Positions 1 to 13,009 of a stretch of 64,000 nucleotides of DNA are shown piece by piece. The stretch spans positions 49,106,001 through 49,170,000 of the forward strand of contig NC_087436.1 of the NCBI RefSeq assembly GCF_036321535.1, in the 5' to 3' direction. This DNA comes from Camelus dromedarius (taxonomy: Eukaryota). How positions within the stretch are numbered: position 1 is the first letter of the stretch; each line of letters opens with the position of its first letter. A program made the translations under genes and the position numbers. The notes beneath the pieces are model-generated. The model did no database searches. It worked only from the letters and a program-made list of their open reading frames with translations, and had not been told where the DNA came from.

Positions 1-430
1 ATTGTACTTTGAAGAGACTGCATTTTTTACAAACAGAAGGTTTGTGGCAACCCTGTGTTGAGCAAGTCTATCAGTGACAATTTTCCAACAGCATTTGCTC
101 ACTTTGTCTCTGTGTCACATTTTGAGATTTCAGACTTTTCATCATAATATTTGTCATGATAATCTGTGATCAGTGGTCTTTGTTGTCACTGTTACAACTC
201 ACTGAAGGCTCAGATGATAGTACTTTCTAGCATAAAGTATTTTTAAATTAAGATATGTACCTTTTTTAGACATAATATTATTGCACACTTAATAGACTAC
301 AGTATAGTGTAAACATAATTTTTATATGTGCTGGGGAACCAAAAAATCTGTGTGACTTGCTTTATTGCGATATTTGCTTTATTGCAGTAGTCTGGAACCA
401 ATCTCACACTACCAACAATGTATGTCCATA
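1..430 (+). mobile_element. Tigger1-family DNA transposon, internally deleted, cut by the window edge
   Basis: Tigger1 5' sequence (gaaggtttgtggcaaccctgtgttgagcaagtctatc) joined to Tigger1 3' sequence (gcacacttaatagactacagtatagtgtaaacataa...gctttattgcagtagtctggaacc). Confidence 0.8.
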
Positions 431-705
431 GTCCATTTATCTTGTTGCTCAACTTGTTCCAGCCTTGGCCTTTGGGAACTCTTTCGTGTTGGCTCCATTT
501 CCCTTTGACGTACCTCCAACCTTTTGTTTTTTGAGTGCTTGGTTGGTTTCTGGTACTACAAGATGTTCCAGGGTCATCTTGTATGTTCTTCACCCCTTAG
601 GATCAGGCACTTCTTCAGGAAGCCCTAGTTCTTTTTGTTGGAGAATTGGTATTTAAAAACCAAGATTTGGGTACTAAGTGTACTCTTTGCTATTGGAGTA
701 TCAGT
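431..705 (-). mobile_element. Old L1 (L1MC4/5-like) 3' UTR fragment
   Basis: ttctggtactacaagatgttccagggtcatcttgta...aaaccaagatttgggtactaagtgt resembles the L1MC4 3' region. Confidence 0.55.
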
Positions 706-1296
706 CAGTCTTCATCATATTTATTAAAACATTTTAAAGTCTAAATTTAAAAATTAGGCCAGAGAAGTAGAAAGCGAGAAGTAAAACATACCCTGACTTA
801 GAAAATTACGAAGTGAATTTTCTGTGGCTGACTTAAGCCTAGCTTTCAAAAGCAGATGCTTTCCACTAAAAGTGCTTATTGGGTTATTGTGTTTTATTCA
901 AATAATATGTACTTTTAAAGGTATTTAAAATATACATTTCAGTATGCAATGAGAAAAAAATAATTTCTATTATTGAAATGTTTGTGTTTCAAGCTTACCT
1001 TAATACTAGCATTCTTATCACTTTGAGTGGAACAAATTATGTTTCTTGGTAGGACCTTTAAACCTCTGTTCATGTGGCTTGTAGATGGCAATTGGGAATT
1101 CTGTTGTTATGTTTCCCTTAGGGAAACTGACATCAGTTTCAATACAGTTCACTTATTAATGAATCTCTTTTTAAAAGTAAGATTTTTTCATATTTGAGGC
1201 TTTAGTCTAATTTGGACATTTTCTGCTTTGGATGTTTTAAGCCACAAGGAGAGGCAAATGGCTTCAGCAACCCAAATGCGGTTGATTTGGTGTGTA

Positions 1297-1774
1297 CAGT
1301 AGTCCCCCTTAGCTGCAGTTGTGCTGTCCACAGTTTTAGTGGGCAACTATGGTCTGAAAATGTTAAGTGGAAAATTCCAGAAGTAAATATTTCATAAGTT
1401 TTCAATTGCGGGCCACACCATTCTGAGCAGCTATGATGAAATTTGATGCTGTCCTGTTTTGTCCTGGTCCTGGGTATGAATCATCCCTATGTCAGCCTTA
1501 GCAGACACCTTGGTTATAAAACTGACTGCCCAGGCATCACAGAGCTTGTGTTCAGGTCACCCTTATTTTACTTAATAAAGGCTCCAAAGCTCAGGAGTAG
1601 TGATGCTGGAAATTCAGACAGTCTCTTACTGTGCCTAATTTATAAATTAAACTTGATCATAGGTATGTATATGTAGGAAAAAAATGTATCATATGTAGGG
1701 TTTGGTACTATCCACAGTTTTGCATCCACTAAGGTCTTAGAATGCATCCCTGTGGATAAGGCAGGGGACTCCTG
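1297..1774. mobile_element. MER44-like (Tigger7-derived) MITE
   Basis: Terminal inverted repeats cagtagtcccc...ggggactcctg, with TA on the left flank; internal gaaaatgttaagtggaaaattccagaa. Confidence 0.8.
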
Positions 1775-1971
1775 TTTTTCTCTTTGACCATCAGATTGGA
1801 GCAAGTTTTAAAAATTGAATTAAATTTTAAATTGGGAGTTAAAGTTAATTTTGGAAAAAAAGCATTAAAAACTTAAAATTTGAAAGTGGATAAGAGTATA
1901 GTTGCTTTAAAGAACAAGATAGTCCATTGCTTTAATCCTGTTTTTTTGTTTTTGTTTGTTTTCTTTTGCAG

Positions 1972-2036
1972 AGAATGTAGCTGGTCACTACATTTCCCCC
2001 TTTCATGATATTCCTCTGAAGGTGGACTCTAAAGAG
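1972..2036 (+). CDS. PPA2: PPA2 exon 2 (65 nt)
   Basis: ttcttttgcag|AGAATGTA...AAAGAG|gtattg; encodes (K)[21 protein letters not shown]. Confidence 0.96.
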
Positions 2037-2349
2037 GTATTGTTTTAACTTGTTTTGGGCAGGAAAATATATACTTCTAGAATCACCATCAAATGCTCTT
2101 TGCAAGCATCTCGAAAGGAAGGAAAGTGGTCAGAAGTCAAGAAGGGCAATGGAGCTTTAACAACAGGATTGTAACCCTCATTCCTGAATCAGACTTTGTG
2201 TAAGAGTAGGATTCTTCCAGGAGGACTTTAGGAGAAAGAGGTGTTAGCAGTCCACAAAGCTTAGATTTGGTAGGAAATAAAGATTTAAGGTTAAGAATTT
2301 AGGTTAACAAGAGGGTTATTTTTAACAATAATAATAATATTAGTAGTAG

Positions 2350-2570
2350 TAAGATAGCTAACATTTGTGGATTATTTTCTGTTGGCTAGCCACCATGTGA
2401 ACATGTGCCATGTTACTTAGTCCTCATGAGCTGCTGTTATTATCTCCAAGGACACTGGAGCTGAGGCATGTTATTGACGTGTCTGAGGTCAGACGGCTGG
2501 TAAATGACAGGACCAGGTTTTAACCAGCATTTCTGACAAGGGAACTCATGCTGTTTAACCACTGTGTGCA
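2350..2570 (-). mobile_element. MIR SINE (antisense)
   Basis: ttattatctccaaggacactggagctgagg...gtctgaggtcagacggctggtaaatgacagg resembles the reverse complement of the MIR core. Confidence 0.7.
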
Positions 2571-3703
2571 AAAGGTGCTAGAAGAGTAAAGCTGGAAGAA
2601 TGGTAGTCTGTGGCCGGCTGTTCTTTTAGAACTGAAGAGTATTTGAAGGTGTGTGGGTGGAAGGACGGGAGGTTGGGTAGGAATGGGAGCTCTGCTGCTG
2701 AAGCGGAGCTGGGCTCAGTTGTGGGAGCGTTTGGAGGGCTCCCCTGCCCGGTTGGCGAGATGGCAGAGCTGACAGTGGATGTTAGTAATCACCGCCAAGT
2801 TGGGAGCTCTTCCTTTAAAATCCAAGCAGCTAATTGGTGTATTTCAGTACCAGATTTATTAAGGGGCACGACTGTTAAGTAAATAGCCAGGCCTGCATTC
2901 AGGTTGAGATTACACAGTAGGGGGATCAGGTAGGGGCAGAGCCCAGTGAAGAAGTGGGAAACTGCTTCAGATGCAAAGGTGTTGTGACCTTTTTGATGAT
3001 ACCTCCGGGGCCAAATACCGGGTGACATCCTAAGGTTGTGGACCGCCACAGTGGGATTTATGCTGCCCTCCAGCCCTGCAGAGGCCGGACTGTCCATAGT
3101 CATGGCGATGGGGAGGAGAATAGCGAAGACTTCCTGAGTGCTGCCAGTGCTGAGCCCAGTAGGGCGCTCAGCGCTTGGCTGGCACTGTGTCAGTGTGTCC
3201 AGGGCTACTGGTGTCACCCTGTTTTTGTTAATGAGGTTAAGTGCCTTGCCCTTGGTCATAAATCTAGTTATTGTGAGGGTGAGATTTGAACTTAGATGCT
3301 CTAACTCCATAGCCTGTGTCTTTTTTCTTTTTTCAACATTTCTTCAGGCTTCATTTTAAAGGACATTTTAAAGGTTTGAGGTCAAGAAGACAAAAGATAA
3401 TGGGTGACTTGATACAGGTTGAAATAAAAAAGCAAAAGTAAAGAAATTTTATTCTAAACTATTATTTACAAACATATTTACAAGTAATTATTTCCTATAA
3501 CACTAGAAGAACTTTCTAGAAATAATTCTCCCAGAAAGAGCTGAGAAAAAGGATGCTCAGCAGCAGGGGCCTGTGTCTTAACTGCCCTTGTGTAATCCTT
3601 GTAGCTCATTACTTTCAGTGGGTGTTCAGCTACAGGACAAGGAGTCACATTGTCTGGAGAGAGAGAGGAACCCAGTGAGAGGGCAGAAAGAACTCCACAC
3701 TGC

Positions 3704-3736
3704 TGTGTGTGTCTCTGTGAGTGTGTGTGTGTGTGT
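3704..3736. repeat. Imperfect (TG)n microsatellite
   Basis: tgtgtgtgtctctgtgagtgtgtgtgtgtgtgt. Confidence 0.8.
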
Positions 3737-3829
3737 CCATGTCCGTGTGTTTTGTTTTGGCCAGTGATCCAACCTAAATATCTCACGTCTCCCAACACCT
3801 CTATTTTTGGCTAAAAGCATACGCGTTCA

Positions 3830-3990
3830 TCCATTCATTTGTTCATTAATTTATTCATTCAGTAAACAACCATTGATTGCATACTTATTGTGAGCCATAC
3901 AGTATTCCAAGCACTGAAGTTCAGTGGTGAGTAAGGTAGATACAGTTCCCGCTCAGCCAGATGAGACTAACGACACCCCAAAATAAGTCA
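3830..3990 (-). mobile_element. L2 3' end
   Basis: (cattc)n-type tail followed by agtaaacaaccattgattgcatacttattgtgagcc. Confidence 0.6.
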
Positions 3991-5012
3991 GTCAGTCATC
4001 ATGTTAAATGCTGGAAAACTAGAACAGAGTGATGAAGGTAGAAGGGACTGGTGGGTGCTGCCTCCCATGGGGCTGTACCATGACAAAATCTGTGTACCCG
4101 ACAACAACAGTAACAATAATACTTGAGGGAATCACGTAGTGGGCAGGGGTGGAGGTAGGGTGAAGAGTGGTCTAGAATCATCCCAGTGAGCATGATATTC
4201 TGCCTAAGGAGGACCAGTTTTGGGGAACATGAGACTTAGGATTAGGCAAAGTTGAGGCTAGGGCAGGACAAAATGTAACAGGCAGTCCAGTGAATTCTGG
4301 GCACGTGGAGGTTGGTACACACAGTGGTTGTGTAAATAGTTCCCAGTCATAATGATTAGAACTGTTGCACCTTCTACTTTAGGATGTGGGATTTTAGGAA
4401 TAGATTCCATGTTTCAGGACTGACTTGGAATAATTGCTTTTCTATTTGTTTTGTTTCCGTCCTTTTGGTGTGGAAAAGTTACGTATAATGTGTGAACATT
4501 TGTAAATGGCATAATTTTTCTTCTCAGCCCACCACGTATTCTGTTTTAATTTAAAAGTGCTTGATGGCGGCATAGTAATCACACCTTGGTGGAATTCACA
4601 GGCAGGAGGTGCAGTCGGGTACTTTCATGGCTTGTTAGTCACGCTCCCTGGAGTTTCATTTCAATAATGAAATGACTGTTTTAAGCATAATCACTGGAAA
4701 CTGCCAGTCTTTTCCATAAAGACTGAACAGAGCCTTTGCTTATTTTATAAAAACTAGGAAAATATACTTGAAAGAGATTTAGCTTTTCTGATAATTTGCT
4801 TAATGGAACACTTGGATGCTCAGGCACTGGGGATGTAATTGCCGAGAGGAAAACGCACTGGACATTTGGTGGATTCTCTGTTGAATCAGGTTTCTGGAAG
4901 CCTCTGTAGTAGAATGTTTACACAATAGGCATATTTTCATTGCTTTTCAGTCAGTGCAGCTGTATTCTTTCATGAAATATTACAATCATAAATACCATCT
5001 TTTCTTTTATAG

Positions 5013-5057
5013 GCAAATGGCATTCCTACAAAGAGGGCACGAAATGATGACTATGAG
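5013..5057 (+). CDS. PPA2: PPA2 exon 3 (45 nt)
   Basis: tttcttttatag|GCAAAT...TATGAG|gtatat; encodes ANGIPTKRARNDDYE. Confidence 0.93.
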
Positions 5058-5238
5058 GTATATCTAAAGGTTTTTATATGTGTGTATCACTTCTGTTGTC
5101 TTTAAAGACCTTGATGATAGTTTGCATTTGTAAAGTGCTTCTGAATTATTCTCCCTGCAAAACTTTCATGTATATTCTGATGTTTTTCTTCTTCTGTAGT
5201 ATCTCTTTAGGGCAGCTGGGGATGATATTACCATTTCA

Positions 5239-5496
5239 CTTTTTTTTTCCCTTGTGGTAAAATATACGTAACATTTACTGTTTTATTTATTGCACACTTT
5301 TTAAATGTACAGTTCAGTGACGTTAAGTACTTTAACATGTTGTACATGTCACCACCATCCATCTGCAGAACTTTTTCATCTTCCCAACTGAAACTCTGTA
5401 CCCAGCAAGCCCTAGCTCTCCATTCCCGCTTCTACCCAGCCCCTGGTAACCGCTATCTACTTTCTGTTAGTAAATCTGACTATTCTAGTTGCTTCT
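5239..5496 (-). mobile_element. L1 (L1MB-like) 3' end with an 11-bp TSD
   Basis: Starts with poly-T; tgtacagttcagtgacgttaagtac...accaccatccatctgcagaactttttcatcttccc; TSD ttaccatttca at 5228-5238 and 5497-5507. Confidence 0.8.
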
Positions 5497-6069
5497 TTAC
5501 CATTTCATTTTATAAGTGAAAAACCATAGAGAATCAGGAGATGAACCCAGATATTAGTAGGAAGTTATTATTTACCATTGTGGATGGTCTAAAGTAAAGG
5601 TATGAAAATGGGTCAGTTTATCATCTTTCTATTATAAAGGAAAAAGATGGTTTCAGAGGCTGTTTTAGGATCCAGGAACAAGTTTTTTAGGGGTAGAGGA
5701 GAAGAAAAAAATAGTTATACCAACTATATGCTAAACCAAATAACATTCTAAATATATCTTTTAAATATGTGACTGTCAAACCTTTCATAGTTCTTGCTTA
5801 GGACTAAACATTTGACTGATGTCTATCATCCCGTCTCTTGCTGTCAGCGCCTTTTTATCTTTCTGATGCCAGACAGCTTTTCCTGCCACCTTCTTTAGCC
5901 TTCTTTTCCCTTCCCATCCTTTTTGTCATCTAGTCTCTAGTCCGGCTGAAACTATGACCCCAGCCTTTGAATCCACTTCCAACAATAGCTGAGGGGCTGT
6001 TTAATTCCTGCCACCTTTGCCTGCCATCCATCTTGTATTTTCCTAGTAAACTAATGTTTGTCAGAATGG

Positions 6070-6240
6070 TCTGTAAGCCATCTACATTGGATCCACTTGG
6101 GGCACTTGCTAAAATTTCAGATTCCTGGCCCATTCCATATCTATTACATCAGAATCTCTGCTTGATGAGGACTGGTTAGTTTACATGTTTAACAAGTGTT
6201 TCAGAGCATTCTGTATGCACTGAAGTTTGAGATCCACTGC
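6070..6240. mobile_element. MER5A-like hAT MITE
   Basis: cagattcctggccc...atcagaatctctg...tgcactgaagtttgagatccactg. Confidence 0.6.
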
Positions 6241-6421
6241 CCTGATGTTGAGTGAATAGACATTCAGGAACTCAGGTCTTCATAGGTTCATGGAGACTTT
6301 GTGACTTTGTGTGTTAACCTGGAAGCAGTTGGTTTACTGGGAAAAATGTATTCTGAATCCATACAGCCAACTTAAAATTTAATTCTTAGAATGTAGTTTA
6401 TATGTCAGAGACTACCTGATT

Positions 6422-7340
6422 GTTTTTTTTAATTGTGTCCTATTTCCTCTGTCCTCCAGCCCCCAACAGCCACTTTTCTACTCTGTTTCTGTGAGTTTCG
6501 CCTTTTTCTCTTTCTTTTTTAAGATTCCATATATAAGTGATGCCACGCAGTATTTGTCTTTCTCTGGCTTATGTCAGTGAACATGAGGTCCTAAAGTTCC
6601 GTCCATCCTATTGCAAATGGCAGGATTTCCTTCTTTCTCATGGTTCAATAATATTCCTTTGTATGTATACAACATCTTCTTTACTCATTCATTTGTTGAC
6701 GGGCACTTAGGTTGCTGTCATGTCTTGGCAATTGTGAATAATGCTGTAACGGGCATGGGAGTGCAGGTGTCTCCTCAATATCCTGTTTGTATTTCCTTCA
6801 GATGAATACCGCGAAGTGGGATTACTGGATCACGTAGTAGCTCTGTTTTTAATTTTCTGAGGCACCTTCATACTGTTTGTCATAGTGGCTGTACCAATTT
6901 ACATTCCCACCAACATTCGCCCAAACCAGTGCACACGGATTCCCTTTTCTCCACATTCTCACCAATACTTGTTATTTCTTGTCTTTTTTGATGGTAACCA
7001 TTCTAATAGACATGAGCTGATATCTCATCATGGTTTTGATTTGCATTTCCCTGATGACTAGTGGTACTGGTCAGTTGTATGTCTTCTTTGGAAAAGTGTC
7101 TACTCACGTCCTATGCCCATTTTTTAACCAAAAAAAATTTATTTTTGCTGTTGAGATTTTTATGTATTTTGGATATTATTCCCTTAACAGATATATGATT
7201 TGCATATATTGTCTTCCATTCCATAGGTTGTCTTTTCATTTTATTAATGGTTTCTTTTGCTGTGCAGAAGCCTTTTAGTTTAATGTAGTTCCACTTGTTT
7301 ATTTTAGCTTTTGTTGCCTTTGGTTTTAGTGTCAAATACA
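6422..7340 (-). mobile_element. L1 fragment (3' UTR and end of ORF2)
   Basis: Minus-strand ORF 7111..7365 ([32 protein letters not shown]) is degraded L1 ORF2. Confidence 0.9.
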
Positions 7341-8312
7341 AAATTTGATATTTTAAGAGATACAAAGAGGCTGGAAGGGTGATTTTCTCTCATTTTTTCC
7401 CAAGTACACAAAATCTACTGACTGCTTTTTCGTATCTTTTTTTTTTCTGCAATAAAAATAGAAGGGAAAAATAGAGAAAGAAAAGAACTGAAGGAGGAGA
7501 TCAGTGTCCCTGAGCCATACCCAACTTTCTGAATGAAACACATCCCCTTGCATTTTTGTGATTTTCTAATAAATTTCAGCAGGCCAGTTATGGTTTATAA
7601 TTAACACTGATCTGTGGATAACCAGACTAACATCAGCTTTGAAAAATTACAGGTCGTATGCACTGTAGCCGGAGAGAAGAAAGGCAGGCTGGAAATGCAC
7701 TCTTAGTGATCAGGAACAAATGATGAGGGAGAGTGTGGTTTGCAGCTTAAAATTCAGACCTGATCCATTGTTCTTTTGGCCTAATTCAGGTTTCCGTGAG
7801 CAGGTTTGGTAGGTGTTGTTGTGCAGAAGGATTGTCACTAGCTTCGTCTTCTCTGTCACCTCTGAGTATTCATCTGCATGCATTTGTTCTCTTATAGCCA
7901 GACTTTCCGGGATGAATAAATTATGTGAACATCTGCCATTTACTTAGGTTTTTCTTTTTAACAGCTACTTCAGACATATTTAAACAGGTGCTGGGGTAGC
8001 TCATGAAAGAGCGTAGAAAATGAAACATAACAGCAGGCTTGTGTATAAGGTTGCTAGGATAGGTATGAGACATACTTCTAAGGAGCAATTGTCGAGAATT
8101 CCTTCTCATCTTTGTTCTCTGTCTCATTATGAGGCTGCCGTTTTGTCATTGGTAAACTTCAGCCCTATCTAGAAGAACTTAAAAACCGTCATTACTTTTG
8201 TGGCTCGATTTCTATTTCTATGTCTATTTAATTGTGTAAATGGCATTCTTTGAATTAATGGCATTCATGTTTCATTAAGAAAGCCCCAGATACTGTTTAG
8301 CAGTGCTTTAAA

Positions 8313-8500
8313 CCAGAGGTTCTCAGCTCTGGCTGCATATTAAAATTGCCTGGAAAGCTTTTCAAAATAAGCAATGCCCTGTTCCATCCCAGAACCATTG
8401 AATTCAAATATGTGGGAGGTGGGGCTCTAGAAATCTTTCTTCTCTTTTTTAATCAGTTAAAGCACTCCAGGTGATTTTTATGCGTGGCACAATTGAGAGT
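8313..8500. mobile_element. MER5-like MITE
   Basis: cagaggttctcagctctggctgcatattaaaattgcctgg...aagcactccaggtgatt. Confidence 0.55.
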
Positions 8501-9574
8501 AAGAATATTTAATCGCTTTAATCACACAAGTGATCTGTGGTGTAGGACTAGTTTTTTGGTATGTTCATTTCTAATCTGTTGTGAACTGATACTTTAAAAC
8601 TACAGTCAAAATGAATTATTAGAGAAGTGTAATTCAGGTACCAAATTTTTATTATTAGGTTCAACAGTCATAAAAATTGCTCCATCAAGTTGCTATAAAT
8701 GTTTCTAAGTGAACCAGTAACAACCAGCTTACAAACTAGCCTTGGTCCATGACCACGCTTGGAGTGGGACTTTTAAACCATTGCTTTGTTAAGTTGTTAA
8801 GTTACTGATACCAAAACGGCATGCAGGTCAGCTTTAACTGTACTTTCTCTTTGTAAGGCCATTACTGTAGGAAGTTAGTTTTACTCTCCATGGCCTAGAG
8901 TCTCCTTTGTTTTAAATACTCTGCAAAGTTCAGAAATAGAAGAAGAAGCAGTGGTCCTTTTGTACTGTAGGGAACCAGAGAGCACTAGATATGCACGCTA
9001 AACTTCGAAATTCTTGGTAAGCTTTATAACCACCTATACCGATAGACTTAATTTTAATTATGACTATAATAACTTGGATTTAAATATTGTTTTTTTAATT
9101 TTCAAAATCTTTTACTTCATAATTGTCTGTATTTTTATTTGAATTATGTAACTGATCTTCACAACAGCCTTCTGTGGAGTGAGGACGGAAATTATCACAC
9201 TGATTTTGTAGACTGGAAAAGCGAGACATTCAGCTCTCACTCCTATTTTAGTTAGAAAATAGAAATTGACACAAGTTTCCTGACTCCATTCTAGTTCTGT
9301 CATGACTTTGGGAAAGATATTTCCAGAAATGTAGCAACTTCTAACACTGTGCAATGGTGGTCAGGTGACGTGACTGGGCATAAACTTTGTTGTGTTTTAA
9401 CCAACTTCTCTAATATTTTAGAAGAAATTTAAAAGGCATAGGCAGACATGTGATGCAGACTCTAATCGTTTTTTGTGGGAAAAAGACTAAAGCAGTCCCA
9501 TGCAGGAGATAAATGAAAAAATAAAGGATAGATTAAATTAAATTTTTTTCTCTTTGTTTTTTTTTAAATTGCAG

Positions 9575-9628
9575 AATTTGTTTAATATGATTGTAGAAGT
9601 ACCTCGATGGACAAATGCTAAAATGGAG
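9575..9628 (+). CDS. PPA2: PPA2 exon 4 (54 nt)
   Basis: aaattgcag|AATTTG...ATGGAG|gtatgg; encodes [18 protein letters not shown]. Confidence 0.96.
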
Positions 9629-11044
9629 GTATGGAAATATTCTCTTAATATCAAGTGGAAATGAGAACTAATAATGATATAACTTTGCTTCAAGTTGTTT
9701 GCCATAGTATTTTGAATTTGGAATGGGTGACACCTTTTTTATAATGAAAACAGTGGAAAACATTCTTGTGAATTTACTTTGAATCTAATTACAAAAAGCA
9801 AAATATTATTCAAAGCTGAATTTACACTTTAAAGAGAGTGTTTTCCATTTTTTGCCTGCCTCGTTTGTTATACACATATAAATTTAATTTTTCTCAACTC
9901 CTCTGTCTTTGAAAATGACAAATATTTTCAGGGTTTTCTAAGGTTCTGAGATGTGTTTTGTTCATAGGACACGACTAAGACATACTTGGGGCCGATGGCA
10001 GTTTTAGTTTCTAAGGGCTCAATTCTCTAGATTTTGTTTTACTCTGCCAGGAATGAAAGCATCTCCCTGGCCGGCTCTTGATTACTGAACACTAGCTGAG
10101 ATCATCTGCTGTTGCCCTGGTTAGCTTTCTTCCCCCTCTTCCTCCATGAAACATGAACCTCTTAAGAACTTCCCTTTTGCTTTTCAGAATTTTGTAGTTT
10201 CATCTCAGTTAGGTAAGATCCCTTATAGTTCTGAGTGAACTTTAATTTATGGCACTTAGTTGGCTGAGTTATTTAAGCCTTTTCCTACAACGTTGAGATA
10301 GCAAGTATTATTTCAAGTATTCAAGGATTATTGTGTCAGTATCTATTTCGCAGATTTCATCTTTGGAAAATTGTCAGTTATTTCACAAAGTCCTGGCAGT
10401 ATTTTTTTGTTAATCCTTTAATAGGAACAAATAAAGATACTAGATTCTTCTTTTGCTCTTGCTTTTAGATACAGTGTTTTATCATGCTGGCCAGCTGGGT
10501 GTAGGATCAAGAACCTGTGAGATGCTGCCTAATTTAAGCAGCGTTTATTCAATCAAACATGGCTTCAGTTATTTTTTTGTATACCTCGTAGGATAGGTTT
10601 TTTTCTTTTTGCATAGCAATTCGGATATGTTTGATTGAAAGATAACTTTGAAATGAAATCACTTGGTGAAAAACCTTTAAGTTAACTTTATTGTAAGATT
10701 GATGGTAGAAGACCCAAGATTAGTAACAAATAGCAAATTGATTAATCCTTATCCTCTTGCCATTTCAGTAATTTTTATTATTTGTGTTAGAAATAAAGAG
10801 TGCATAAATCATAGAGTGCCTAAATATATAATCTGATGTTTCCTCTCCAGTTGTTTTTTTTTTTTTTTAATACAGAATGGTAAATTAGAAATAAGAGCTG
10901 GCTTAGTTTACTTTAAAGTATCTTCGATCAGTAAGTTGGAATGTGAATATTTAGTCTGATAATGGCAGATTTAAAAAATACTGTTTGAATCTAGGATTAA
11001 TCATTTCTCATCCCCCTTCCCCCTTTCTTCTATGATCCACTTAG

Positions 11045-11164
11045 ATTGCCACAGAGGAGCCATTGAATCCCATTAAACAAGATCTGAAGGATGGCAAGCT
11101 TCGCTATGTGGCAAATATCTTTCCTCACAAGGGTTATATATGGAATTATGGTGCCCTCCCGCAG
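11045..11164 (+). CDS. PPA2: PPA2 exon 5 (120 nt)
   Basis: ccacttag|ATTGCC...CCGCAG|gtaaca; encodes [13 protein letters not shown]...WNYGALPQ. Confidence 0.97.
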
Positions 11165-12489
11165 GTAACATTTTTGTTATAATGGTAAAACTTCTCTGTC
11201 TTCTGAAAAAATTGCCTTGTAAATCCTGTGAACTACTTGAATTTAAATTGGTTCTGAGGACATGTCAGTGTGAGAGATTTGTAAATTTAAAATTTTTTTA
11301 ATGTGGCGTTTTATTGTATCAATAAATTTTTTTTCAAACTATATATATGTCTATACTCAGGTTCTTGGCGTTAGGCATATAGAACACTCACATTTAGCAT
11401 TTCAAACACATTTCTTTTTCTGGGCTTGGCTATTAAGAGTCAGTGAAAAGTATTTTATCTCCTTTATCTGCAGTCATTTCTTAGAATATGACAAGTTATG
11501 TTTTTGTATACATTCATATATGATAGCATGAATTTTGTTTTTTTAAACTTTAACATATGAACTTTTTAAATTATTAAAACTTTCAAAACTCATTGAATTG
11601 AATTAAGTGACTTAATTATTTACTATCTAGATCTATAATTTTTGATTGGGAAGCAATGAAAACAATGGCTAAGTATTGGTAAAGCAGCATTCCTATTACA
11701 GAATAACACTGTTTGCTTTTCTTTCTTTCTTACCCCTTTTTGTTTTGTTCTCACATTTCCTCACTCTTGGGAAGTGGTAACTCCTTCCAGGTTAGTGAGG
11801 AAAATTTAGAATATTCCAAGTCAGAAGTCTAGGTTTTGGGACATGGAGAAGCAGCTGTCTTTATCCTTATAAAAGCCATTAGAGCATCTGTCTATTTGGA
11901 TGTTTAATTTTTGTATTTTAATTATTAATTTTAATATTTTGCATGACATTCCAAGATGTTTTTTGGAAAATATCTGAGAAGGGGCTTTGGTGTATCCAAC
12001 TCAGAAAAACAGCTGCCCGTGTAGAATAAACATTCACAGGAAAAGAAAAAAGAAAATTGTTTTCTAAAGAGTCAGGCTGCCTTTGATGCAGTTGGACCAC
12101 CCACATAGATACATTCTTGGTTAAAAGAGGCACTTCTGAAGTGATGTGCTAAGAATGAGAATGCCTGTTGAAACCAAAAAGGCGGGTTTTCTGACTCTCC
12201 AGGTGCCTAAGTAGACATTCTGTTTGACCTAGCAGTGAAAGGGCAAAAACATTTCTGTTAAGCTTAAGGGATACTGTCTGTAGGAGAAGATGTATGGATG
12301 AGGGGAAGGACAACCAAGTCCTTGAATTAGAAAAAGACAAAAACGGAGACATAAAACGTAGAGCAGGCAGAGCATAACTAGAGTTCATGTATTTGTTTAT
12401 TGCATTAAACATTTACTAAGGATTTATATGCTAGGCAGGGTATTAGGTTTTGGGTGTACAAAGAAAAATGAGATATAAATGTAAGATCA

Positions 12490-12730
12490 AGGCAGCATAA
12501 TAAGTGACTCAGAACGTGGCTTTTGGAGCCAGATTGCCACTTACTCATAATGTGACCTTGGGCAAGTTCCTTTGTGTGTTTGCACCTCACTTTCTTCGTC
12601 TGTCAAGTAGAGATGATTGAAGTCCCTCCTGCACATGGTCATGTTGAGGTTAAATGAGTTCTTGTGCATTCACCTTAGACCTGTGCCTAATGAATAGTGA
12701 TCACGTTATCATAACTACTGGTGCTTTTAT
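12490..12730 (+). mobile_element. MIR SINE
   Basis: ggcttttggagccaga...tgtgaccttgggcaagtt...cctcactttcttcgtctgt. Confidence 0.8.
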
Positions 12731-13009
12731 TATTACATGGTCTTTTTTCTAAAAGGATGTATAGTCTTCCGGGGGTGGGTGATGGACACCTAAGCCAGCA
12801 GTTACAGTGGCTCATAATAGTTGCTGCTGACCACCCACTACTAATTCTGAGCTTTGTAGTTTACCTGTTTGAGGTCCTGACAAATTTGTGTCCCCTCTGG
12901 AGGTGTTGGCATTTTCAGGCTGCTCTCACCTGCTCTTAGACTAGTCTGTTGGGTACCGTAGAGCTTCCTGGGTCATGAAAGGATTAGATGGCAGCCCGCT
13001 CTGCTCTGA

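Noticed and set aside
2610..3359. Overlapping ORFs of 73-173 aa in a GC-richer patch
   Set aside because: No recognisable protein similarity or splice structure. The region looks like degenerate L2/MIR sequence, where stop codons are rarer because of GC content.
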